A stretch of DNA of 29,625 nt from a virus (Duplodnaviria > Caudoviricetes), in IMG/VR virus record IMGVR_UViG_3300025635_000120, positions 1-29,625 of that record; one strand, written 5' to 3'. Below the pieces are notes generated by a model, which had not been told where the DNA came from, made no database searches, and saw nothing but the letters and a program-made list of their open reading frames with translations. A program made the translations under genes and the position numbers. Of this stretch, positions 9,623 through 15,764 are shown one piece after another; the stretch's first letter is position 1; each line of letters begins with the position of its first letter.

Positions 9623-9651
9623 AATTTACCACTAGCAATTCAAGAACTCAA
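9623..9651 (-). promoter_or_regulatory. sigma70-type promoter of the glycan operon
   Basis: TTGAGT (9651-9646), 17 bp spacer, TAAATT (9628-9623) with extended TG. Confidence 0.6.
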
Positions 9652-9659
9652 TACTAATC

Positions 9660-9668
9660 TTATCCACA
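9660..9668 (+). promoter_or_regulatory. Perfect DnaA box
   Basis: TTATCCACA, intergenic, 8 bp upstream of the -35 of the glycan-operon promoter. Confidence 0.55.
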
Positions 9669-9716
9669 GGCAATAGCACCCTCTGTCCCTCTAAAGCAGG
9701 GGCTGGGGGTTGATGA

Positions 9717-9921
9717 CCTGAGTGCTACTGATGTAGTTGAACCCGATTCGTATGCAGCGATGCATGAATCCTTTGATATGTCCCTTGATAGAACTACTCT
9801 CAGTCTTTGCTTGTGTACTCATTAGAGTCGCTGTTGTCAGGGCAGACAGAGCAGCGGTTCTGAGAATACACAATCCGGCAGTTTTGTTTTCTGATGGGCT
9901 GCGAACCATCCAGCACCCAGG
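9717..9921 (-). ncRNA. Candidate multibranched structured RNA, family unknown
   Basis: Nested helices at 9717-9726/9912-9921, 9727-9738/9792-9804, 9745-9770, 9811-9820/9864-9873, 9829-9833/9852-9856 and 9893-9897/9906-9910. Mismatches become G-U pairs only on the minus strand. Confidence 0.6.
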
Positions 9922-9952
9922 TTTTTAAAGTACTGTGTGCTTATTTTCTGTG

Positions 9953-9981
9953 TTGACAAATAGATGTTCATACGCTACATT
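9953..9981 (+). promoter_or_regulatory. sigma70-type promoter for a short RNA
   Basis: TTGACA (9953-9958), 17 bp spacer, TACATT (9976-9981). Confidence 0.7.
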
Positions 9982-9985
9982 TAGT

Positions 9986-10024
9986 GTGAAGCGTTGAGCA
10001 ACCCACCCTAACCGGTGGGTTTTT
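9986..10024 (+). ncRNA. Candidate ~40-nt antisense RNA
   Basis: Lies between the promoter and an immediate terminator hairpin. Its 5' GAAGCGTTGAGCAA is repeated at 10037-10050. Confidence 0.55.
10000..10024 (+). terminator. Rho-independent terminator
   Basis: AACCCACC-ctaacc-GGTGGGTT followed by a T run. Confidence 0.75.
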
Positions 10025-10062
10025 CTATTTGCTAGCGAAGCGTTAAGCAAACAGTGATCGTA

Positions 10063-10091
10063 ACTATAAACAAAAAACCCTGCTGATGCAA
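10063..10091 (-). promoter_or_regulatory. sigma70-type promoter convergent with the 9953 promoter
   Basis: TTGCAT (10091-10086), 17 bp spacer, TATAGT (10068-10063). Confidence 0.6.
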
Positions 10092-10095
10092 GGTT
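10068..10095 (-). terminator. Rho-independent terminator
   Basis: AACCUUGC-AUCA-GCAGGGUU followed by UUUUGUUU on the minus strand. A T run also follows on the plus strand. Confidence 0.7.
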
Positions 10096-10186
10096 CTTTT
10101 TCTGTGTCAGAGGCTAGCTGTTATTCTTACCGGTACGTTACGTTTACGCTCTCGGTAAGTGTCATAATGTTACGCATAACACTAGC
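10070..10186 (-). ncRNA. Candidate ~115-nt small RNA
   Basis: Bounded by a near-consensus promoter and a terminator. Helices at 10113-10124/10176-10186 and 10126-10132/10153-10159. Confidence 0.55.
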
Positions 10187-10189
10187 TAC

Positions 10190-10218
10190 ATTGTAGCATA
10201 CCTCTTATGTTATGTCAA
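10190..10218 (-). promoter_or_regulatory. Near-consensus sigma70-type promoter
   Basis: TTGACA (10218-10213), 17 bp spacer, TGc-TACAAT (10195-10190). Overlapped by the palindrome GCTACA-T-TGTAGC (10185-10197). Confidence 0.75.
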
Positions 10219-10230
10219 GCCCTTTGGCAC

Positions 10231-10293
10231 TAAAATAGCCAGGGATTAAAGGTGGGCAACCATATACGATAAAATAGTATACTCCCTGGCTAC
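10231..10293 (-). ncRNA. Candidate ~60-nt hairpin RNA with anti-start-codon loop
   Basis: Perfect 10-bp inverted repeat 10236-10245/10283-10292. Extended -10 TGgTATTAT at 10308-10300, 3' UAUUUU, loop AUGGUUGCCCACCUUUAA. Confidence 0.55.
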
Positions 10294-10355
10294 CTCGTAA
10301 TAATACCACAAATATATAGTGACAAATATCACAGAAAGAATGTAGCATAAAAGGC

Positions 10356-10384
10356 TTGCATCCATGTGGCGTAAGTAGTATGAT
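10356..10384 (+). promoter_or_regulatory. Early operon promoter
   Basis: TTGCAT (10356-10361), 17 bp spacer, TATGAT (10379-10384). Confidence 0.7.
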
Positions 10385-10418
10385 AGGGGTACAATCAAGT
10401 AAATGCAGGAGGGCAACC

Positions 10419-10484
10419 ATGCAAACAATCAATATAAAACTAATACCTCGGGTCGCCTACAGAGTCCGTGTGAGGGTGTTCTAA
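10419..10484 (+). CDS. 21-aa leader peptide MQTINIKLIPRVAYRVRVRVF
   Basis: Preceded by AGGAGGGCAACC-ATG. Its stop overlaps the next start (TAATG). Confidence 0.6.
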   Translation: MQTINIKLIPRVAYRVRVRVF

Positions 10485-10657
10485 TGATACCTATCAACGA
10501 GTCTGAGCTGACGGTACACGAGCTGGAACTTCTAGCCATATACCACGAGAACTTGATAGAGGCTGGCCTTGTGCTTGCGGTCGTTGAATATGACCAGTTC
10601 AAACACGCAGCACTCTACGGGTTTGACCCGGAGCAGGAAGAGGAGCTAGATATATGA
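10484..10657 (+). CDS. Hypothetical acidic protein
   Basis: True start is likely MIPINE, coupled to the leader peptide. ATGA overlap with the next gene. Confidence 0.65.
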   Translation: MIPINESELTVHELELLAIYHENLIEAGLVLAVVEYDQFKHAALYGFDPEQEEELDI

Positions 10658-11268
10658 CAGATACAATAGTAACTGTATTGCAAAAGATACAGACCGAGAT
10701 TAAAGCTCCAAAGTCTCAACAGGGTCGCTTTGGTAAGAGTCGTTCCGCAGAGGACATCATTGCCCAAGCTAAGCCAATACTTGCAAAGCATGGTGCAGCA
10801 ATAACCCTAGCAGATGAGATAGTACAGGTAGGAGAACGCAACTATATCAAAGCCACAGCTTGTCTCCGCTGGAACGAATCAGTGTTAGAAGTCCATGGAT
10901 GGGCATGGGAGGGTGAGTTGAACCGAGGGCTAGACGCAAGCCAGGTTACAGGTATGGCAAGCTCATACGCCCGTAAGTACGCTATGGGTGGCTTGTTCGC
11001 CCTAGACGACACTAAAGATGCAGACGGCCATATGGACGCACCTGTATCTAACCTAGCCAAAGCCAAAGATGCAGACGGCCATATGGACGCACCTGTATCT
11101 AACCTAGCCAAAGCCAAAGACGCACTCAACAAGGAGTTTGAGCGATACGGGCATACAACCGATGAAGCAAAAAAGAAAATCATTGACACTGTAATAGGCA
11201 AGGCAAAGATTGACACAGAAGCAGAAGTTGATGCGGTCATGCAAGCACTTGAGGATGGACTAGTATGA
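10654..11268 (+). CDS. erf: ERF family single-strand annealing recombinase
   Basis: RSAEDI..KP, YIKATA and SQVTGMASSYARKYAMGGLF.LDDTKDAD signature. Confidence 0.9.
   Translation: MTDTIVTVLQKIQTEIKAPKSQQGRFGKSRSAEDIIAQAKPILAKHGAAITLADEIVQVGERNYIKATACLRWNESVLEVHGWAWEGELNRGLDASQVTGMASSYARKYAMGGLFALDDTKDADGHMDAPVSNLAKAKDADGHMDAPVSNLAKAKDALNKEFERYGHTTDEAKKKIIDTVIGKAKIDTEAEVDAVMQALEDGLV
11014..11120 (+). repeat. Exact 51-bp tandem duplication (17 aa) in erf
   Basis: Units start at 11014 and 11065; partial AAAGA at 11116. Encodes KDADGHMDAPVSNLAKA twice. Confidence 0.95.
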
Positions 11269-11477
11269 ACGGCCAATACCCATACCAGTTTGATGAGCCT
11301 TGGGCCATCCATCCGGATGTAGATACGCCGATAAACGATGTACAGCCCGACCTACAGTCTGGCGTAAAGTTCCTGACCTATACAGTAGCAAAGCATACAG
11401 GAGTACTATGGTTGGTCGAGAAACTTCCATTCCTAGAGAAAAGACAGTGGGTTAAGGACATCGAGAGGCCATTCTAA
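11265..11477 (+). CDS. Hypothetical protein
   Basis: GGAGG-like RBS and overlapping start/stop on both sides. Confidence 0.65.
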   Translation: MNGQYPYQFDEPWAIHPDVDTPINDVQPDLQSGVKFLTYTVAKHTGVLWLVEKLPFLEKRQWVKDIERPF

Positions 11478-11917
11478 TGATTAAGGAAACCATCAAACAA
11501 ACAGGAGAGATTATCGAGCTGGCCGACGCTACATTTACCGATGTAATGAAGTCCTGGCAAATAGCCACAGACTACGAGAAGGCTGGCAAGGCACTCAAAG
11601 AGAAGCTCAAGAAGGCTATCCCGCAGTACATAGGCAGTAATGGCCGGAGCGAAGAGATAGACGGCTATCAGTTTCGGCTAAGTAATGTGCAGAAGATGAC
11701 ATACGACAAAGCAGCCCTGCGTGAAGCACTGGGCGAGGACACCTACGACCTATTCATGGAGCCAAAGAAGAAGGCTATAGACGAGTACCTGGCCGAGTTA
11801 GTATCAAAGGGCGACCCCGATGATATTACAACCAAGGTACGGGCAGCAATGCTACCAAAGGGCAAGCCGTATAGTCAGACGGTATTAGAGAAACTAACAA
11901 GAGAGGAAACGGTATGA
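11477..11917 (+). CDS. Hypothetical helical phage protein (recombination-module associated)
   Basis: Coupled ORF of 146 aa with coiled-coil character. Confidence 0.7.
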   Translation: MIKETIKQTGEIIELADATFTDVMKSWQIATDYEKAGKALKEKLKKAIPQYIGSNGRSEEIDGYQFRLSNVQKMTYDKAALREALGEDTYDLFMEPKKKAIDEYLAELVSKGDPDDITTKVRAAMLPKGKPYSQTVLEKLTREETV

Positions 11918-12537
11918 GTAAGTTCAATGAGGGAGAGATAGTTGAGGTCTTCAAAACAGGCACACCCTTTAGTGTGGGTGAAAAAGTAAGGTTAGTGACG
12001 AAAGACAGCGATGATGACTGGAAGGCTGAGTACCTAGACGGTAGTGACTACTGGTACGTCACCGAAGATGAAGTTAGGTACACAACAAGTAATTCAAAGG
12101 AGAAGAAACCAATGGGACGAAGAACATTTAAACTAATCAAAGATACACCAACAGTTAAGAAGGGTGCGTTGTACCAAGAACAGTGTGAAGATGGCACACA
12201 ACCATACCAAGTCATTACACTTGATAACGACCTAGACCGAAGTGATGGCCAGTATGCCCCAAACACTATCATTGACCGAAAGTTAGTAGAAGAAGCACCA
12301 GCGTTCTTTGTAGAGGTGTTCAAAGTAGAACCAGAGTACATGACTCGTGAGCAGCTAGAGGCATTTGAAGCGTTTCTAGGTCAGAAGAAGCGAGGCCGAC
12401 CAGTAGGCTCAAAGACCAAGAAGGCAGCACCAACCACCAAAGCTAAAATGGCCGCCTCATGGACACCAGAACGCCGTAAGGCACAAGCCCGCCGTATGAG
12501 AAAGCTGCACAAGCAACGCAAATTGGGGGCAAAGTAA
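11914..12537 (+). CDS. Hypothetical protein with AT-hook-like basic C-terminus
   Basis: KKRGRPVGSK and SWTPERRKAQARRMRK segments. Confidence 0.7.
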   Translation: MSKFNEGEIVEVFKTGTPFSVGEKVRLVTKDSDDDWKAEYLDGSDYWYVTEDEVRYTTSNSKEKKPMGRRTFKLIKDTPTVKKGALYQEQCEDGTQPYQVITLDNDLDRSDGQYAPNTIIDRKLVEEAPAFFVEVFKVEPEYMTREQLEAFEAFLGQKKRGRPVGSKTKKAAPTTKAKMAASWTPERRKAQARRMRKLHKQRKLGAK

Positions 12538-12761
12538 TGTCCGGGACACCCGCCGGGGGCAAGAAGGCCGCAGCAGCTAACAAAGCAAAAGACCCCGACT
12601 TCTACAAGAAGATAGGCTCAATGGGCGGCAAGAAAGGTCACACAGGCGGTTTCTACGCCAACCGTGAACTCGCCCGCTCTGCTGGCTCCAAGGGAGGCAA
12701 GGCAAGACGGAAGAACTTCACCGAGAAAGTCGGGGATATGGACTTTATAGTTTATGAGTAG
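12537..12761 (+). CDS. KGG-repeat (stress-induced/Con-10-like) protein
   Basis: AGGKKAA..DFYKKIGSMGGKKGHTGGF.ANRELARSAGSKGG. Confidence 0.85.
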   Translation: MSGTPAGGKKAAAANKAKDPDFYKKIGSMGGKKGHTGGFYANRELARSAGSKGGKARRKNFTEKVGDMDFIVYE

Positions 12762-12873
12762 CGAAGAAGTATACCTATTGTTTAGGCAGTACTGGGCAGC
12801 TATATGGCCGATTGTGCTGATACTCTTCGTAGCCTGGGCGTATCTAATGTTTGATGATTGGAGGAAGCGATGA
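12754..12873 (+). CDS. 39-aa single-TM protein
   Basis: Not in track. MSSEEVYLLFRQYWAAIWPIVLILFVAWAYLMFDDWRKR; ATGA overlap with the next gene. Confidence 0.65.
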   Translation: MSSEEVYLLFRQYWAAIWPIVLILFVAWAYLMFDDWRKR

Positions 12874-13220
12874 GGGAAATACTAGTCGAGATAGACAAAC
12901 CGATTTGGGGTGGCGGGAAGCCACAGATAGGTATAGCAGACTTCCGTGTAGAGCAAGCCGACAAAGTGAACGTGCAGATTGTATACACCCGCAAGGACGG
13001 AACACGCTCATACCCAGATACCTACTCGATGCTCGTGAGTAAGCTTAAAAACTACCCTACACAAAGGGTTAGAGGCGGCGTGACGCTCTATGTAGCCCCG
13101 CTCAAGGACTGGGAGACAGAGTTTGACAAAGACTTCCCCCGGTACAAGCGGCCAGTTGTTAAACCGAGTGAGCCGCCAAAGCCAACAGAACCAACACCTA
13201 AACAGGGGAAACTACTATGA
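12870..13220 (+). CDS. Hypothetical protein, Pro-rich C-terminus
   Basis: GGAGG RBS before ATG 12870. Confidence 0.7.
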   Translation: MREILVEIDKPIWGGGKPQIGIADFRVEQADKVNVQIVYTRKDGTRSYPDTYSMLVSKLKNYPTQRVRGGVTLYVAPLKDWETEFDKDFPRYKRPVVKPSEPPKPTEPTPKQGKLL

Positions 13221-13360
13221 ACGCAATACTAACATTATTCTGGTTCGGGTTCCTCATCTGTGCAGCAATCTTTGTATTCCAACTAGTAATTGGCATCGTT
13301 ATGACTGTGTTTACGCTGCTCATAGCTGGTATAGCCAAACTACTCGGCAAAGACCTATGA
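13217..13360 (+). CDS. 47-aa membrane protein
   Basis: Not in track. MNAILTLFWFGFLICAAIFVFQLVIGIVMTVFTLLIAGIAKLLGKDL; ATGA overlaps at both ends. Confidence 0.65.
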   Translation: MNAILTLFWFGFLICAAIFVFQLVIGIVMTVFTLLIAGIAKLLGKDL

Positions 13361-13385
13361 ACACACTTAAACAGGAGGAGATGGG

Positions 13386-13691
13386 ATGAGCGACACTACT
13401 AAGGTAAAAGAAGAGCTGCTAGACCATTTCACGCATGGTGCTCCCTCTTATAAGATGGCGAATGAGGCGGTTAAAGCAAAAGCCCGAGAAGAAGCCGAAG
13501 CAATCCTCCCCCTCATAGACAAGTACACCAGAGAGACGGAGTTGCAAGCACTTCTACATGCCTATAGTACAATGGAGGCAGAATATAACGCCTATCCAGT
13601 AAATATAGGCAAGTTCATACGCTATACCAAACAACTAGCTTGGGATGCTCTAAAGGAACACCAGCTAACCGAACAGAAAGATGGGGAGTAG
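13386..13691 (+). CDS. Hypothetical protein
   Basis: AGGAGGAG RBS. Confidence 0.7.
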   Translation: MSDTTKVKEELLDHFTHGAPSYKMANEAVKAKAREEAEAILPLIDKYTRETELQALLHAYSTMEAEYNAYPVNIGKFIRYTKQLAWDALKEHQLTEQKDGE

Positions 13692-13693
13692 TT

Positions 13694-14035
13694 ATGGGCA
13701 AGATAATAAAACAAGTTAAGCTCAATAAATGGAACAACCTGGTTGGAGATGAGGCAGTATCTGTTGACCAGAGACTAGAAGCTGAAATTCCAAGTGTTAC
13801 AACTGTAGCCTATGGTGTTATTGTCTGTCCGTTCTGCTATACAAGACATAGCGAAAAAGATTTTTGGGTAGACATGCTACACAGAAGTGAAATATCCTTT
13901 GAGGGTTTTTACTGTCGAGAATGCGAGCAATACTTTGAAGTAGGCACTACATTTGAGAGAATGCTGTACATATGTGACGGTTTGGTTGACAGAGACACCA
14001 CCGAACCCACTAACTCTAACAATAAGGAGAAATAG
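13694..14035 (+). CDS. Zn-ribbon protein
   Basis: CPFC and CREC pairs. GGGGAG RBS before ATG 13694. Confidence 0.7.
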   Translation: MGKIIKQVKLNKWNNLVGDEAVSVDQRLEAEIPSVTTVAYGVIVCPFCYTRHSEKDFWVDMLHRSEISFEGFYCRECEQYFEVGTTFERMLYICDGLVDRDTTEPTNSNNKEK

Positions 14036-14037
14036 AT

Positions 14038-14460
14038 ATGATAGCATTAACAGTAATAGTTGGTTTGATAGCTCTAGGGCTACTAGTTTTTGGCGGCTAC
14101 AGGATGGTAGTAGATTATGAGGGCGGTCTGTCTGCTGGCACAGGTTTTGTGCTTGGTATTGTGTGGGTGGTTTTGTTCATTGGTATATCCAATGTGCAAT
14201 TCTCTAACGATACACTAACAGGCTACATATACTCAAAGGACAGCAAGTGGGGCGTAACCAACTACCACATCCGTTTTAGTGAGACAGCAGGAGAGGATGT
14301 ACAGCCTAGCTTTTGTGCAAACAGTGATACACAGAACGCCAGAGATTTAGATGCTGTCGTTGGTACTGGTAAGAAAGTGACCGTCAACATCCCGTCAAAG
14401 GGCTGGTACTTTAGCAATGACGTATACCACTGTGCATCTGACGCAGTCTTGGAGAAGTAG
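14038..14460 (+). CDS. Membrane protein (2 TM + extracytoplasmic domain)
   Basis: Two hydrophobic N-terminal segments. AAGGAG RBS. Confidence 0.75.
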   Translation: MIALTVIVGLIALGLLVFGGYRMVVDYEGGLSAGTGFVLGIVWVVLFIGISNVQFSNDTLTGYIYSKDSKWGVTNYHIRFSETAGEDVQPSFCANSDTQNARDLDAVVGTGKKVTVNIPSKGWYFSNDVYHCASDAVLEK

Positions 14461-14494
14461 CTATGACCTACTACCAACAGTATAGGAGGATGGT

Positions 14495-15055
14495 ATGAGA
14501 ATACTTGTAGCCTGTGAATACTCTGGTCGTGTGCGTGAGGCATTTAGGAAACTAGGGCATGATGCTTGGAGCTGTGACCTATTGCCCGCAGATGATGGCT
14601 CACCCTACCACTACCAATGTGATGTGTTTGAAGTGATTGATAAGGATTGGGATATGATGATTGCTCACCCACCATGCACAGACTTAGCGGTATCAGGGGC
14701 AAGACATTTTGCCGCAAAGATAGCAGACGGGAGACAACAAGTAGCACTAGACTTTGTACAGAAACTTCTTGACGCACCTATCCCCAAAATAGCACTAGAG
14801 AACCCAATAAGTGTTATTAGCACAAAGATACGAAAACCAGACCAGATTATTCAACCTTGGATGTTTGGTCATGGCGAGACTAAGGCTACCTGTCTTTGGC
14901 TAAAAAATCTACCTAAATTAGAACCAACAGATATAGTGGACGGTAGAGAAAACAAAGTCTGGAAAATGCCGCCTAGCCCTGACAGATGGAAACTACGCAG
15001 CCTGACTTACCAAGGAATAGCGGATGCAATGGCAGAACAGTGGGGTAAGATATGA
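14495..15055 (+). CDS. Phage-type DNA cytosine-5 methyltransferase (short form)
   Basis: ILVACEYSG, AHPPCT (catalytic PC), IALENP, QPWMFG, TKATCLW and RSLTYQGIA motifs. Confidence 0.85.
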   Translation: MRILVACEYSGRVREAFRKLGHDAWSCDLLPADDGSPYHYQCDVFEVIDKDWDMMIAHPPCTDLAVSGARHFAAKIADGRQQVALDFVQKLLDAPIPKIALENPISVISTKIRKPDQIIQPWMFGHGETKATCLWLKNLPKLEPTDIVDGRENKVWKMPPSPDRWKLRSLTYQGIADAMAEQWGKI

Positions 15056-15162
15056 CCTGCCCACACTCAGTAATCGACCATGACCCACTCACCGATGAAT
15101 ACTTTTGTGTAAAATGCGGAGATGTGGTTGAGGAAGATTTGGAGAACTGGGATGTTATTTAA
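15052..15162 (+). CDS. 36-aa Zn-ribbon peptide (TFIIB-ribbon-like)
   Basis: Not in track. MTCPHSVIDHDPLTDEYFCVKCGDVVEEDLENWDVI; ATGA overlap. Confidence 0.6.
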   Translation: MTCPHSVIDHDPLTDEYFCVKCGDVVEEDLENWDVI

Positions 15163-15180
15163 CCAACCTATAAGGAATAA

Positions 15181-15483
15181 ATGATGAAGGACGCAGACTT
15201 AAAATTGCTCAGAGAGATAAGGCTACACTTGTTTCGATTGCATGACAACTGGGCGAAAGACCCGAACAATGACGGACACCACAAGTCTAATGAGGGGTAT
15301 GTAGGATATTCCGTTGGCTACCCCAACTGGTTCGAGGCAGAGAACTATCTAAATGACAAGCCAGAAGTGTTTAGCGTGGAGGTCTACTCATACCTGTTTG
15401 GCCCACATAGATTGCATCAATTCCGCACCTTACAAGAAGCTTGGCAAGAAGTTAAAACATGGGAATATGAGGCACTATCATGA
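15181..15483 (+). CDS. Hypothetical protein
   Basis: AAGGA RBS, coupled to the next gene. Confidence 0.7.
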   Translation: MMKDADLKLLREIRLHLFRLHDNWAKDPNNDGHHKSNEGYVGYSVGYPNWFEAENYLNDKPEVFSVEVYSYLFGPHRLHQFRTLQEAWQEVKTWEYEALS

Positions 15484-15764
15484 GCGTAGATAGTACAGAT
15501 GAGTTGGATGCGATACTGGACAAGCACAGGATATGCCCGAACGGTAGACCAGATAACACGTGCGAGCCATGCAAAAGAGCTGATGTAGAAGCCAAAGCAG
15601 CCCTACAGTCACTAATAGAGGATGCTAGGGTCGATGAACTGAATAAACTCAAGGTTCAATTCATACGCTCGCACTGGGAAAGGCTATGTGGAGAGAGAAA
15701 CTCATGGGCGAAGTATGTAGACCGCCGTATCGCTCAGCTATCTAATAGTAAGGAGGGTAAGTGA
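15480..15764 (+). CDS. Hypothetical protein
   Basis: ATGA and GTGA overlaps; HxxC...CxxC. Confidence 0.65.
   Translation: MSVDSTDELDAILDKHRICPNGRPDNTCEPCKRADVEAKAALQSLIEDARVDELNKLKVQFIRSHWERLCGERNSWAKYVDRRIAQLSNSKEGK

Noticed and set aside
9691-9928. ORFs 9691-9909 (-) and 9737-9928 (+), plus a 44-codon minus ORF from 9971
   Set aside because: No RBS or protein-like motifs; the region is better explained by nested base pairing. The 44-codon ORF cannot be fully excluded.
10205-10432. ORFs 10205-10432 and 10246-10428 as a repressor
   Set aside because: No HTH, composition typical of AT-rich non-coding DNA, and they overlap promoters.
10403-10483. Track start at 10403
   Set aside because: The RBS lies downstream of it. 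ATG 10419 and ATG 10484 fit better.
11014-11120. CRISPR-like array
   Set aside because: Tandem duplication without spacers inside a CDS. No CRISPR array or tRNA gene was seen in the window.
14495-15055. Methyltransferase plus GTs as a 5mC-hydroxylation/glycosylation DNA hypermodification pathway
   Set aside because: No TET/JBP dioxygenase or hydroxymethylase is visible, and the MTase is a common type in a different operon. Disfavoured, not excluded.
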